Made by a program: the position numbers and the translations under genes. A stretch of DNA of 64,000 nt, from positions 806,001 through 870,000 of the forward strand of contig LSRY02000012.1 of assembly GCA_001643675.2 (NCBI GenBank), given 5' to 3'. Positions 13,641-27,936 of this stretch are shown here, one piece after another (the first letter of the stretch is position 1; the number at the start of each line of letters is the position of its first letter). Source of the DNA: Monocercomonoides exilis PA203. Lineage: Eukaryota; Protista; Preaxostyla. The notes beneath the pieces are model-generated. The model was not told the origin of the DNA. It was given only the letters and a program-made list of their open reading frames with translations, and searched no databases.

Positions 13641-14586
13641 AAAAAAAGAATCTGAATTTCGAAGAAATTATTTCTTAAAATTTTCTATTTGTTGAAATTT
13701 TTTAGTAAAGTTCATTTTGTTTTATTTTCTAATAAAACAAAAATTTCATGTTTCTATCAAATTTCTGATACCAATCATGAAAATTCTCACAAATGGAAAT
13801 ATAAACATTGTCTGCATTTTGTTTTCAAGACAGCGAAGTTTCGTGAGTGGGAACAGAAATTTTTTCAAAATATGAAATTTTTATTTTATTTGATAATTAA
13901 ACAAAAGAAACTTTGCAAAAAAATTTTGACATTTCAAAGATAATGAAACACTTTATGGAAAAAAAACATTACAGTGATTTTGTTAATGCTGATTTGGAAT
14001 TATTTTTTGTGAATTATCCGTTGTTGCGGACTCAATTTATTATGATTCTGGTCCAAAAGATATGGAAGACGGAACCTGTGTATCCATAATCAAAAGAAAT
14101 TCACAAAATGTAAAAAATTTCTGATCAACATTTTTTGTGTATCGTTTCATTTTTTTAAATATCAACAAATAAGAATTCAAACAAATTTTTATTTTGTTAT
14201 TTTTTGTTTTTTTTTTTAGATCGAACAACAAAAAAAAATGAGAATTTTGAAGGTATTTGTGGTATTTCCACTTTTCAAAATTATCACATTATAAAATTCT
14301 CCATATAATTAAAAAATCAATATTACACTACAAAAGGTAATTTGGTAATGATTTAGAAATATTCATTGGATAATGTTTCAAAAATTGAACACTTTTTGGC
14401 TTTATTTAAGAATAAATCTTAATCAAAATCACAATTTCTTTCAAATTAACCAAAACATCATTACTCAAATTATCTTTTCAATGTTGTTTGAATCCATTCA
14501 AATTTTTTTGACGAGAATTCATATGATCAAAATCAAAAAAAATTGCCTTATATTGCAATCTGGATTATTTGAGTTATTAGAGATCT

Positions 14587-14645
<59 letters not shown>

Positions 14646-14883
14646 CCTTTGAAAAAAGATGAAAGAAATTTTATTTTCTCACATAGGAGACTGTAAATAT
14701 AGGCGATACGGTGAGATATGGTTATGTTGGAAAAAGTTAATCTTAATTTATAATGTTACATTATTCATTTCGATTTAATTATTATCTCCTGAAAATTCAT
14801 ATGGATAGTGGTCGTTGATGATATTTCAATATTTAGGAAATGTTGATTTTCAAGTTTTTTAAATATGATAAAAATTTCTTCAA

Positions 14884-15866
14884 ATGTCTTTATCAAACAG
14901 AATGTTCACAAAAATAACTATTTATGAACTCAACGAGATTTTTTCTGATGAAATGGGTGCATGGAAAAGGAATTTCAAAAATGTGCTGGAAGGAGAAGCT
15001 TCTGAATGCAGACATGATAAACGCAAAAAGATATTCACATCTGGAGGAAAATATTACAAAAATTGGAGACGCGGAAAATGTGGGAAAAAACAGTTAGTTT
15101 TTTAAAACACATATTTGGAAAATTCGAAAATACCTCTGAAAAGGTTCATGATGATTGTTTAAATTTTAACATTGGAATATCAGTTGCACACATTGATGAA
15201 GTGCTTGGAATAAGTGAAAACACAATTCATTATTGGACGAGTGTTGTTCGAGTTAGATGCACATCTATGTGGAACAAAAATCAAGCTGTCACAGGAGGGC
15301 CGGGAAGAATTGTGGAGATCGACGAAGCTGTTTGGATGTGCAGAAAGAATGGGCGAGGATAAAAGAGGAGACAAATTTGGATATTTGGAGCTGTGGAAAG
15401 GAAACATGAGGGAGGTGCGTGGAAGAACTTTGTGATGATTGTGCCAAATAGGAAGGCTGAGACATTGGTTCCAATCATACGAGCCAAAATTCTTTTTGGA
15501 ACTCGGATCATGAGCGATGAATGGAAGGCTTATGACAGATTGAAATATTATGGTTACGCTCATGATACCGTCTGTCACAAGCGAGAATTCAAAAACAAAA
15601 TCACTCATGCTTTCACAAACACTGTCGAAGGTTTGTGGATGAATTCACAAAAATATTTTCCTATAACAGAATGCAGAGAAAAGTATTTTGGTGACAATTT
15701 ATCAATTTGGCTGGTCAAAAGAAACTTCCATATGCAATTTGAGGATCAATAAAAAGAAATTGCCTTTTATTTCACTGAAAAATTATGTGAATTGGATGAA
15801 TATGAAAGTGAAGAAAGTGACTCAAAACAATCAGAGTTGAAATCTGATATCCTTTCAAAAAAATGA
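14884..15866 (+). pseudogene. Merlin/ISXO2-like transposase, interrupted by stops and a frameshift
   Basis: GGPGRIVEIDEAVW...RG*KRRQIWIFGAVERK...VPNRKAETLVPII...IMSDEWKAY...HDTVCHKREF...TNTVEGLW. Confidence 0.9.
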
Positions 15867-15878
15867 CATTCTTCAAAT

Positions 15879-16147
15879 GGGGCAAAATATTTTGCTTCAA
15901 GTATTTTCAGAAAAAAAATTATGCACTTTAAATTGACTTTTTGAGGTCAAAAAACACATTAAAAATGTGTCCATTTTTTGACATTCGTGAAATGTTGGAA
16001 AACTTTATGTTTTTATTTCAACGATGCCTGTTGAAGGAAATGAAAATCAAATTCATTTTGAAATCTGAGAAAGCGAAATAAAGTAATGAGAAAAGCAATT
16101 ATTATATGCTTTCTGCAAATAAAGCTTGAAAGCCCGTATTTTCCCCC
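15879..16147 (-). mobile_element. MITE family A
   Basis: TIR ggggcaaaatattttgcttcaag / cttgaaagcccgtattttccccc; perfect 4-bp TSD AAAT (15875-15878, 16148-16151). Confidence 0.85.
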
Positions 16148-16589
16148 AAATTACAGAATTTGTGGAATCAATTTTTTTTGTGGAGGAGACTGGACAAGTG
16201 CATCAAAATTTGACCCGATAAAAGTTGATAAATATGGTTTTATTTTTTTCAACTTCGACAGATATTTTGACAAATGAAAATATGTAATTGATAATTAATA
16301 ATTCTCATTTACTAATTTCAAAGAATGTATTAAATTGGCTTATGTTTCGGTCTTGGCAATAAATATTTTTCAAAGCATCGAGACGTGTGATTTTATTTTC
16401 AAATTAATATTCGCATATTCATGAAATTAGAGATGTCAGAAATTGTTAAGATCAAAAAATTTCATATAAAGGATTTGATTGTTCTTCGTTCCAAACTGAG
16501 TTATTTCTTTTCAATAAAGAAATTTTCTAATATCAGTTGTTCAACCATTGCATCAAATGCAGATGTTTCATTGAAAAACAATTTTCATA

Positions 16590-18500
16590 TGGATGAAGTG
16601 ATCAAACAGCTTTCCGTTCTTTTCTTGATGCTTAAAAGATCAAAAAGTGAAACATATTTTGGATATTGCATTTTTAATGATATGTATTGAGTGCAAATTA
16701 ATAAGGCATTTGTTCAATTTTTTATTTTTTAATGTTTCATAAGTTTCGAATATTGACAAAAAAATGATTTTAAGAATCTTCAATTCAAATTCGAATTAAA
16801 TTTTCGTAGATCAATATCTTCTTGAATTGGATGAAAGATTCATCCGCAACAAGTGAAACTCGTATTCAAGTAGCTTTTTGCACAGTCATTATCTCGAATG
16901 TTTAAATTTAGAGAACTGATTTCTTTGGGATTTGAAATATCACAAGGTTCATTAAGTCATGCAAAACATATGCTTAAAGTGCATTATGGGGAACTCGTTT
17001 GGACAAAAAGCCCACGGCCTCCATCCTGCAAGCAAGGTTTGAAACAATATTTTTTTTAATGATTAGTTATTTTCAAATTATAAATTAGTTGGGCTAAGTG
17101 ACGAAAACTGGAACAAAGCCAATAGTTGGATGATTCAGCATTCTTCTGAATCATCTTCATCATTGAATCCAAATATTCATTCAAAAGACAATGCACGGAT
17201 AGGTAAATTTATTGATGAAGAACCGTGGGAAAAAGAAATAGTAATCAGTTCTCAGGATTATTTGCATTTTTGTTCATCAAAAAGTGCAATCAAAAAGACA
17301 AATTCATCACATCATTTCATTAATTTTGATTCTTTAAAACATTCAACTTCAACAATTTCAGGCGCTAATGAAATAAACAAACTTCATTCCAAATCTTTGC
17401 AGGAAAAAGAAAATAATAACCAACATATCATTTCACCTCCTTCTTCTCCTGTTTAATTTGCACTTCCTTCTTTCACTTCAGGATATTCAAATTATCACAT
17501 CATTCATTATTCAGTCACTTCAAATCAATCAGCAACCGAACTTGAAATCTGTTCCAATATCCAACAATTAATCTAATCATCTCGAAAACAAAATTCATGC
17601 GAAAGAAAAAATATCAATTCTATATCAACTAGTCATCCACATCCAAAACGAAAGGGGATTCGAAGTCAAGGAAATACATGTTATTTGGCCACTATTTGCC
17701 AAATTTTTTGCTCTTCGATGTTGTATTTTTCTTCAACATTTCTTTATTCATCAACATCATCATCGACATCTTTATCGATGAAATTATCTTCTCGGTTAAT
17801 AAAACTATTCACAAAAATGAATGGATCGACAGCGAACTTTTCTAAAAATGGAACATGTCATTTGTGAACAAATGGGATCAATTTCATTTAAATAGGTGTT
17901 GCAAACAGCAGTCAGTGTGCAAGATATGCATTTGGATAATGGAATAATTAACAAATGACAGATTTATCAATCAAAGTGAATTCATAAAGTTGGTGGATTC
18001 AATCAGTGACTACAACAAATGCAGAAATTTTAACAAAAACAAATATCATTATCTATCGTTGACGATTTTCTTATTTCCTGTTCAAAAATGATTTATGAAG
18101 GAATTAATTTTGATAAATCTCTCTGAAGATTGCAAGGCTTATTGCATTTATTGTCAAGTGAAAGAAAAAAAAGGAGTTTTAGTGATATCCAATGATTTTC
18201 TTTGATGAAAATGTTTATATAAACAACTTTTTTGAGATGATATCACTTTTTTTTTTCACTTCTTTCGAAAAACCACGATCAGTTTAAATCAGAAATTTCT
18301 TCTCAAGGAAAACATATTCATTATCAATTCACAGACATAACAAAAAAAAAAAAAAAATGATTGATTATTGAGTTTCATTCTTTTCCATGATCAAGAAAAC
18401 AACTTCAATCATTTGGGTAATTTTTTTTTGATATCATTGCATATTCAAACGTTTTGTTATTAAAAATTTTCATAAACGGAAGGGTTGATAAGAATAACAA
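16590..18500 (+). pseudogene. Sola-transposase N-terminal region continuing in frame into a USP (peptidase C19)-like domain
   Basis: QSLSRMFKFRELISLGFEISQGSLSHAKHMLKVHYG...[intron 17037-17088]VGLSDENWNKANSWMIQHSSE matches the Sola N-terminus at 43.2-43.5 kb. The same frame (two TAA) reaches KRKGIRSQGNTCYLATICQ at ~17647-17703. Later come YCIYCQ and LSFILFHDQENNFNH (His-box-like). Confidence 0.6.
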
Positions 18501-18521
18501 AAGTGAAGATCACTCAAATTT

Positions 18522-18777
18522 GGGTAATTATTTTTGAAATCATAACTTTTTTCGGTGTTCTTTTTTTTCTAATGCTTTATTTCTTTGGGAAGGATTTTTT
18601 CTTTCAAAAGATAAAAACCAGGACACTTGTTTTAAATGACGATGTTAAGAATAAAAATATGAAAAATTATCTTTGAAAGGAAAAATTTCATTGCGATGTT
18701 CTTTTATTAGTATTCTTATTTTAATTCTCAAAATGAAATTTTTGACAGAGAAAACACAAATTCAAAAATGATCGCCC
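18522..18777. mobile_element. MITE family B
   Basis: gggtaattatttttgaaatcataac ... ttcaaaaatgatcgccc; flanks attt/atat. Confidence 0.7.
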
Positions 18778-20582
18778 ATATTTTGATTGATATGTTAATG
18801 TTATTATGTATAAAATTTTTTTTGATTAGTTTATTATTGTTAATAATTCAAATATTGGAAAAAAAAAGAAAATTATTCGAAAATGTCATAACTTAAGAAA
18901 ACAGAACACACATCTTGTTCATCATTTGTATAATATGTTTTTAAGAACTTCAACGCATTATAAACATATTTTCTAATACAAATATTTTTATTGTAATGTT
19001 ATTGCAAAGTAATTTTTAATAAAAGAAATAAATTTTATGAAAACTTTTCTTTGAAACTTATAATTATGAATAATACTGTGGAAAAATATGATGTGTATGC
19101 AAGATATTTATCAAATAAACAACAGTTTGTTGTTGATTCTTTCTTGGCAGCAAATAATACTAAAAAAGAAATATTGATTTATTAATAAAAGAATATGATT
19201 AAAAAAAAGAAGAAAAAAAATATTTTTTTAGAAGAAGGAAATACGAGAATTTTGTCTTCAGATCCTTCAAAATGTTTTACTGAAAAGTCACCTTCATTTC
19301 TTCTTCCTCTATCCATCTTTTTTGTATTTTTGAAATCACTTTGCAAACACCAAATTCAACCGCTTCATTACACTCGCTTCTCTATTCTCTCTTTTTCTCT
19401 TTCGCAATATCCTGTTAATCCGAACGGGTTTTAAACAAAGTTCTTAATGGCTTTTTCATCAATTTCGATTGATTCATCCACAACCCTGGTTGAGGTTGGA
19501 TATGTTGGAGACTTGAAGTTGTGGAGAAGCAGAGCTTCTTGCTGAATGTTATCATCCCCGGGAGGTTATGACTGAGAGAGTTTGAAACGAAGGGAGAAAA
19601 TGGCAGACAGGAAGGATCAGCTGATTAATGGCTCAATTTTTTCTGACAGTACTGCATCAGCAAAGGAAGGGCAAATTGAAAGATAAATGTTGGTTGGTAT
19701 CTGGGAGATCGCTATCAGCGATGGTGGATATACCATCAGCGCAAAACCCGAAACTTGGTTCTTATCTCAAAACTGAATAAATCCCATGATAATAAATATT
19801 TTCTGATTGCTGTCTTCAAATTTTTTGTTTTGAATTCAACTAACGTCAAAATGCCTTTTTTTGAGGGTTATCATTCTCATGAAATCGTTTCACAATTCAA
19901 ACGACACTTTCGATTGGATAAATCTATGACAAATAGAGTTTCACATTTGAAATGCGATATTGTTAAATCGTTATATATGCGTTAAAGAATGAAAAAGTGT
20001 GAATTGAAGTGAAACTTGTTATCAAAATGTTTAATTGCTTGTTTTAAAATTGAAAACAATTTTTTTATCCACACAATAATGTCCACATTTTCAATGGAAG
20101 AAAAATTTTGAATTTTTTGTTAAAAAATGAGGTATAAAAAACTCTTATTGTACATAAGAAATCAAAAATTATTCTTGACTTTGCACATAAAGATAACATG
20201 AAAGAAAAGATTTGACGAGAAGCAATTCGAATGAATGACAACATTTGTTTTGAAAAAAAACAAATGTCGAATATCTGATAAAATGAGGTTATTTGACGAT
20301 TATTCTTTCATCATTTTAACACTTCTGGATTAAGTACCTTTCGAGTTTCTAACTCTCTTTTGCTGAAGATAAGAGATAATAATCTTTGGGGATTTATGTC
20401 TGTTTAAATTGCAGTATTTTTTCATTGTGCTTGATTTTTGTCTCTTCCTCCTATTTTCTCACACTTTTTCTACGATTCAGAATTTTTTTTTTTGAAAAAT
20501 TTTTTGAATCATCCAAAAGCTTTTTGAGATCATCATGACTGCGCTTTGAATTTTGTTATGAGCGTTGACTATTGAGGCGTTT

Positions 20583-21259
20583 TTATTCAAATTGTTTCAT
20601 TTGAGAACGAAAAACTGACATATAGTTTTCAGCTTCCTGTATTTGATGTTGAATCTCTTTCAACGATGTTTCTTTCGAATTTAACTGAGATATGAGAGGA
20701 GGTGTTTCTTTGGCATATTTGGATGATTTTGTGGAACGAACAGGTAATTGTTTGATTGATAATGTCTTTTGTTCTTTTTGGAAGTCTGTTGAAAAAGGGA
20801 GAACTGATTCTTTTTCGGTTGCTGAAGGGTTTTTGAGATCTTTCTTTGTAGAAAAATTCACGAATAATTCATTTTTCCATTAATCAAATGATGCTTTCTT
20901 CGTATTTTTCTCACTTGACGAAGAGATAGGAGAACCTGATATTCTTGTCAGAACAGAAGAATCTGCAATAGGCCACACTCCAGTTTTGACATATGATGCT
21001 TTCACGGTGGAAAAAGTTATTGCAGCTGTCACAGCATCAGGAAGTGTATTTGCGAAAGCAGATCGATAAGCACTCAAAGAAAACTTTGAAGGAGGGCAAA
21101 ACTTGTTGAAGAGTGTGAACTATAAACTAGAAAAAACATAAGAATCACATGGCTTCAGCAAATGAGTCATGTTGGGAGGAAATTTTTGAACAACAATATT
21201 ATTCTTTGTTGCTTTTTATCCCACAATTTTATCATCATGTTATCTGTGATTGTCCATCT
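20583..21259 (-). pseudogene. pogo/Tigger-like (DDE_1) transposase C-terminal relic
   Basis: DGQS...FPPNMTHLLKPCDSYVFSSL...VKASYVKTGVWP; truncated at MITE A (21260). Confidence 0.7.
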
Positions 21260-21525
21260 GGGAGAAAATACGGACTTTCAAGCTATTTATGCAGGAGGCA
21301 TGAAAAAATTGTTTCACTTATAACATTATTAAACTTTTTCAGATTTCAAAATAAATTAAATTTTCATTTCTGCAAACAAACATCACTAATATTATTACTA
21401 ATTGTTTTGTGACCTTACATGTATTTCAAAAAACAAACTCATTTAATTTAAATTTTTCGATCGCAAAAAGTTCATCTTTGATGCATAATTTTTCAATGAA
21501 AATGTCTGGACAAATATTTTGACCC
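21260..21525 (+). mobile_element. MITE family A
   Basis: gggagaaaatacgg ... aatattttgaccc; homologous to 414-681. Confidence 0.8.
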
Positions 21526-22639
21526 AAATTACTAAAAACTTTCTTTCAAATGCTGTTGTGCTTTTTTGGATTCATTGAAAGTGTTTCATCACGTTAAATT
21601 AAAAGAGAAATAAATTTGAAAATCAGATAATAACATGCTTGAATAAAATTTCTTTATTTGCGCAAAGACATTATTTTGAAAATGATTGTTATTACGGTTT
21701 CAAAATAGATAAGCAACGCTTTTTGTATTGAAAAAAAGGATCAATTCAAATTTTTGCGTGTTTCAGTTTTACAACTTGAATCAGTAAAAGCACATCAACT
21801 ATTGTGATATATAATCAGTATTAATAATTTAAAATGCTTATTGTAATAAGTCAAACGCTGATGAAGAGGGAAAAAGAGCAAATATATATGAAAATAAATA
21901 ATTAAGGAAATCCTGAATTAGACATTAATTTACTGTGGGACAGATCAGGCTAAAAAAAATGATTTTTCAAATATTTTCTCCCATATTATTAGAATTATTC
22001 GAAAAGATAGTTTTTATCAGAAAAGGATATGAGTCTCTGCCACCGACCGACATTTTTTGTTCCTCTTGACAAGTCGACCTACAATTCAAACGAGCTTTTG
22101 TTTATTAAAAATTAATTTATTAATATGTATTTTTAAAAACAACATATTAATTTATTTAATTCTTTTAGTCATTTATTAAACAAATATTTGTAATTTAAAT
22201 AAAAAATTAATCAAAACTGATTTTTTATTTCATATCGAGAATTTTTATTTCTTTAATGGGCAATCGACAGATCTTTGTCGAGATCAGTCGAATGACAATG
22301 ATCAGTCAAGTTGTCACAATGTCGAATCTTTCAGAATTATTGAAAAATGACGATCGAGAAGCAGTTATTTCCACGCTTCCTATTAATCTGCAAGTTTCTT
22401 TTAAGACGAAAGTGAATGTGTCCTTCACTTTCAATTCCAAAAATTTTCATAAATATTTTTTTATTTGTTTTTTGTGTGAAATAACTTTCTGTTTTCCCAA
22501 AAAAAAGTGAGGAGTTTAAGAATGAAAATTGCTCTTTTGTCAATCTTGTTTTGTCAAAAGTCACAATAAATGGAAATTGCATTCATAATTTGTATTTCTG
22601 TTTTTGCTATTTTAACCTATTCAAAGTTTATCTTCACCC

Positions 22640-24440
22640 CAACAAAAGTGGAGAAGAAATCGGAAAGGTGCATTACGTGGAAAGTGAAAGGTATTATTCG
22701 GATCGCATACACGCCTGTTTTAAGAGATTGATATTTAAAAAAAGATGGTCATCATCATTATATATGAGTCAACAGCAAATCTGGAATTAACTGTGGCTTC
22801 TCTGATTGGAAAGGATCCCAGAAATTTTCTGATCATTAATGTTCGTTGCTTTATAAATTTTTTATGATGTCTTTTGCAAAGCATCGAGCAACTCAGCAAT
22901 CTTCAGAGCTAACAACAAATTTAATTATATCAACTCAACAGCATTGACTAGTGTGGTTGTAAAAGCAATTTTCAAGATTGATCAGTCACTGCAGCATCGC
23001 TTTTTTTTCGTCATATTCTGTTGAGTTCAATTCATTCATTCGAAATTTAATTCAAAAGTCGCAACAAAATTCACACAAACACCAAATAAGATTTTTCCTC
23101 ATTTAACATGTCGGAAACTTGCAACATTCTTGAAACAGGAAGGAAATAAGAAAATGAAAGAAAGAAGCGAAAAGATTGCAAGGACAATGGTTGGAGTGGT
23201 GATAGATGGAGGTGTTATTTCAAAGGAAAAATATGCTGTCGTCACAGTTGTTCCTTTGGGCTGCAAAGAAAAATCCATATTCTGGCGCTGAAAAAAGTCC
23301 TGTCTGAAAATAAAATACTATTTTGAATTGGCAGTTGAAATTCTGGAGGAGATCAAAGCCGTTTCGTCCGAAGTCTGTTGTATTTGTTCTGATAAGCATC
23401 TTCCTCAGAGGTTTGCTATGGAAAAGTTATCAAAATCTTGTTTCACGAAAAATTTGTCTGATCAATGTGAACAAATTCCTCCATTTTTTGTGTGTTGTTT
23501 CAATCACATCGTTAATTTGGTTCTTACTAACTTTCTTTATATTGATCCATTTTTTCTTCAGATAAAAGAAAGCGGAATTTAATTTTCAAGATCATCAAAA
23601 GCAACAGCTGTCAAGAACCCCTCAATTCCAATATGTCCAGCATTCGTACAAAAAAGATAACTTTGCATTTCAAATATTTGCTACTTTATTTTAAAAAACA
23701 AAGACAACGTTTTTTTCACCGACATTCTGAAAGATATCCCGTTAATTGAAGTGTTAAAGTTTGAACTGCTATTACTGCTTCTTCAAACATTACAACTTCA
23801 ATTTGAAAACGAGTTAACATAACGTGGAAATGTCTTTCCTCTTCTGTTCAAATCATTTGCACGGCACTATTGGATGCTGGACCTGACTTGTATTTCAGAA
23901 GAAAAATGGAAAAGAGTCCTGTGCAATATCATCATTAATCTATTCAATTAAACATCATCAGGAAAAAGAAGAAGATTATTCGCTTTGGATTTTTCTCTCA
24001 CACCTATAGGAACAAAACAATATCAACAAAATATGTTCTCTTATTCAAATTTATTCGTTTGAAAAAGAAATGGAGAAAACATCAAATTAAGCATGGTTAA
24101 TTCCTACATCAAAACAAACACCATCTAGCGAAAAATATACAGATTCCATGAATCAAACATCGCATTAATCAGATACGTATTCAATTGTTCAGTCAGACTC
24201 AGTGCGTTCATCTGCTTCTGATATATCCATCTGCGAATTGGATTTAACAATTCATAAGGACAATTAAACAAAACCATTTAATATAGTTTTTCAAACACAT
24301 TGTTCTTATTCCACATTGGAATCAAACACGAGATTAGAAAATATTTTTTGTTTTGATAAATCATCATATTTTTTTTAATCCTTTGATTCCACCAGTTACA
24401 TCTTCGTTGACTGTCGAAGGATTTCATGTTGCTCTTGACC

Positions 24441-24497
<57 letters not shown>

Positions 24498-25352
24498 ACG
24501 AGCACACGTTTTCAACGGTTTCATCTTTGCTTCAAGGGAAAAATTTGGAACAGGAGGAGTTATCTTTGAGAAATAACTTTTCATTACCCTATTTTCAAAT
24601 TCTTCAGTGTGTTGAATGCTAACAAAAAAGGAATGCTCTATAATTTAATGATGAAACATTTGGAGAGGAAGAAGAAGATGAAAATGATTTGTTCGAAGAA
24701 ACATTTTGATAGAAAGAGGCTAAGGAATCAGAAGAAGATGATGAATTCAAAACTTCCGATTTTATCGGGAAAGAAAAAGATATATTGATCAGTCAATGAA
24801 CACTCGCTCTACAAGTGATAAAGATGACTATCTCCTATCGAATGAAACAGATATGGAAGAAGATATGGATAAGGAAAATGATCAAATAATAATGGAAATG
24901 GAGGATGATGATGTTATAGATCTTGGATCAAATGCAAAAATTTCTCACTCAAACATCAGCGATCATGAACAAAGAATTCAAATTCCACAGAACATCCAAA
25001 AAACAATATTAAGCGATTGGTTTCTTCGTTTGAGAAGCAGCTTTGAAGATTACGTAACTTAAGTGCTTGCAAATCAAAGAAGTGTGCTGCAATCACAAAT
25101 CAAAGCGTTATTTCCTTCCTTTTGCAGGATAACAGGCGAACAATAACGCAAGACGATCCATTTGTATTTTCCTCTGAAATAGGAAATTCAGGTCTTGTCA
25201 CACATATTTATTCTCATATTTGTTAAGCCTAAGTGGCTTCACCCTGCAGCGAGGCATCGTGCGAGAGGAAATTATCAAGAAATAGCAGAATTGTTGGTGA
25301 TAAACGCTATTCTTTATCATTGAAAACTTTGAACTGTCTTTTCCTATTGTGA
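22640..25352 (+). pseudogene. hAT-superfamily transposase, degenerate
   Basis: VGVVIDGG (first D), ICSD (second D), CFNHIVNL (CxxH motif), acidic insert, and C-terminal dimerisation-type PCSEASCERKLSR...GDKRYSLSLKTL. Many stops; TIRs not identified. Confidence 0.8.
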
Positions 25353-26724
25353 ATCAAACCTTTCTTCAATCACGACCAAATCGTCAACAGGTTTGTAATG
25401 GAATCAGTTTCATTTTGTATTTTTCTTTCTTTCATAAAACACCTTTTGTTTTCTTTTATTAACATATCCACAACGAAGTGAATTTCGAATTATATATAAT
25501 TGTTGATTCAAAGAACAAGAAACTTTTCAAAAACTTCACTAATCTTTGAGAGAAGTCTTTATTCCATACGAATTGATTTATCATAATTTATTTGGTCATT
25601 ACTATGTTTCTTTTTTGAAATTCGTATTTTGAAACTTATAAAGATATTTCAACTTTTTTTGGTGAGTGACAATTTCTCTGATTGCGACTGACATTTCATA
25701 TTTTCAATACATAACATGATTAGCAATGAAAGCTTTTTGATGTGGTTAGAAATTGGTGAATCCAAGTTCCTATATAGGAACTTTTGCTTAACTCAAACAA
25801 TGAAGAATTATTAACGGTTTTATGGAAATCAACATTTGTTATTAGGTTGAAGTTTTTTGTGAATGATTTTGATTCAAGTTCGAAAGTTTTCAAGGAAGAT
25901 ATCCACATAAGAAAAAATTAACAATCGAGTCCAATGATTTCACATTCGGGAACAAGCACTGATCCGCTGCTTGTTTCAAAAATGAATCAGTTCAATTTCT
26001 TTTGACGCATATCAAATATTAATTCATTTTGATGGTTTTCAACGTTTTTTCATCAAATGAACAATGCATGTTCTGGTAATAACATATCTCATTTTGCTTC
26101 ATTCGTAATACTGAATACTGGGAAATGAGAAAAATCCATGTTTTAAATCACAAAAAGTTAAAAACAAATTGAATTTATATTGATTTTCATTGCCTCAACA
26201 TAATCAGATGTCATTCATGAGTAACAGTCATGTGAAAAAAATTATCATCATCATTTTTCTTAAGAAAACTCATTTCGATCAACTGAGTAACTAAATAGGA
26301 ATTTCTTGCAAGATATTTTTTTAAATGTTTTTGTATAACTATTTTTGCTCGATTTTCAAAAAAAAGAAAAAAATATAAGTTAAAGATTATTGATTGTTGA
26401 ATGACATGATTGCTTCAAGTGGAATATGCTCAAATGGTGAAGTGACGATAGCTCTATAAGAGAATGAATTCATGTGAACTTTGATGAGAATATTGAAATA
26501 ATAACTGGACAACTTTTTGAAGTGTGACTTTTGTTGAAGCAACAGAGGTGAAAGATAATGTTGATCCTTCAAAAGAGCTTGGTTGCCTCTATTGCATAAA
26601 ATGATTAGAGCTGCGCATTTCCGGTTGAAGGCATTCACCGGGAGAACAGGAAGAAATAATAAAATGAATTATAAGGAGTTGCATCATTGCATATATTCTT
26701 TTTACAGAATCAAAAAAAAAAAAA

Positions 26725-26755
<31 letters not shown>

Positions 26756-27819
26756 AAATAAAAATAAAAAAAAAAATAAAAAAATTAAAAAAATAAAAAA
26801 AAAAAAAAAAAGACGAAAAATTGAGTTGAGATGACCGAAGAAACAGAAATGAAAGAATTAAAAGCCTTTGAAGATGAGAAAGAAGAGGAGGAAATGAAGA
26901 AGAGGAAAAAAGAATTGACATTATAATTAAAAAGGAGCAGCAACATAAGAATCAACACAACTTTTTTGAACATAGCCTTATTGTCACGTTTCATTCATAA
27001 CAATTTATGAAACAAAATTGGATTATTTTCTGATTGTTTTACAACTGCTGTTGCTCCACTCTGTATTCTCACATGTTTCTGTATTCTTTTCTTTTTTCTG
27101 AAGAAGAGAAAAAGAGAGAAAGATATAGAAAGAGAAGGAGAATAAGAAGGCAGAGCTGATGGATATGGAGAGTAAACAGTTCATTTGCGTGAGACAGACA
27201 AAGAAAGAGTGCTCAAATTGAGTGAAAAATGTTCTTTTGAATGTGAAAGGAAATGAGAAGAGAAGGATAAGTGTTATGAAAGGAGGAGGTGTGGAGTCGG
27301 AGGGAAAATGAGAAGAAGTGAAGAAATAGTCGTGAAAATGGAGACGAAAGTTGAATTCGCAGATGAAGAAAAAGACGGAAGTGGTTGTTGAGAAGAGGAA
27401 GAGGGAATGACAAGTGGAGCATTGTTTGAGAGAGAGGGTTATTGAGAAGATTCCTGAACATAATTAAGAGAGAAATAAATAAATTGATGGAAAGTTTGAG
27501 AGAAAGAAAAAGAAAGATTACAAAAATGAATGAAATAAATCGTCAAACATAGAAAGATAGAAGGAAAGATAGAAATAAAAAGATATTAATATTAAAACTG
27601 TTGGTAATTTTTGTGAGTACTGAGAGCGGCAGAAAAGCTTGTCCGAAGAGCTGTTATGCCTGCTTGTCCCAAATATCAATTTGAAGATGGCGTTCATTCA
27701 ATTTCTCAAACAAAGTGGAAGAGGAAGAAGGAGAAGAAGGATGAAGAACACTTTGAATTCGGAAGGGAACAAGGCGGAGAAAGTCTGAGACGAAGAAGGA
27801 GGAAGGAAAAAGAGATATG

Positions 27820-27894
27820 GATGAAGAGGAGAAAGAAGATGAAGAGAATGAAAAGGAGGAGGAGGAGGAGGAAGAAGAAGAAGAAGAAGAAGAA

Positions 27895-27936
<42 letters not shown>

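Noticed and set aside
14588-14645. Long poly-T/poly-A runs (also 24445-24494 and 31499-31535) as retroposon tails
   Set aside because: No flanking TSD or shared adjacent body; likely expanded homopolymers of uncertain length.
414-16147. Family A copies as TIRs of giant elements (414/16147 and 21260/42570)
   Set aside because: Each copy has its own TIR pair and one has its own AAAT TSD; outer flanks do not match and the copies are clearly diverged.
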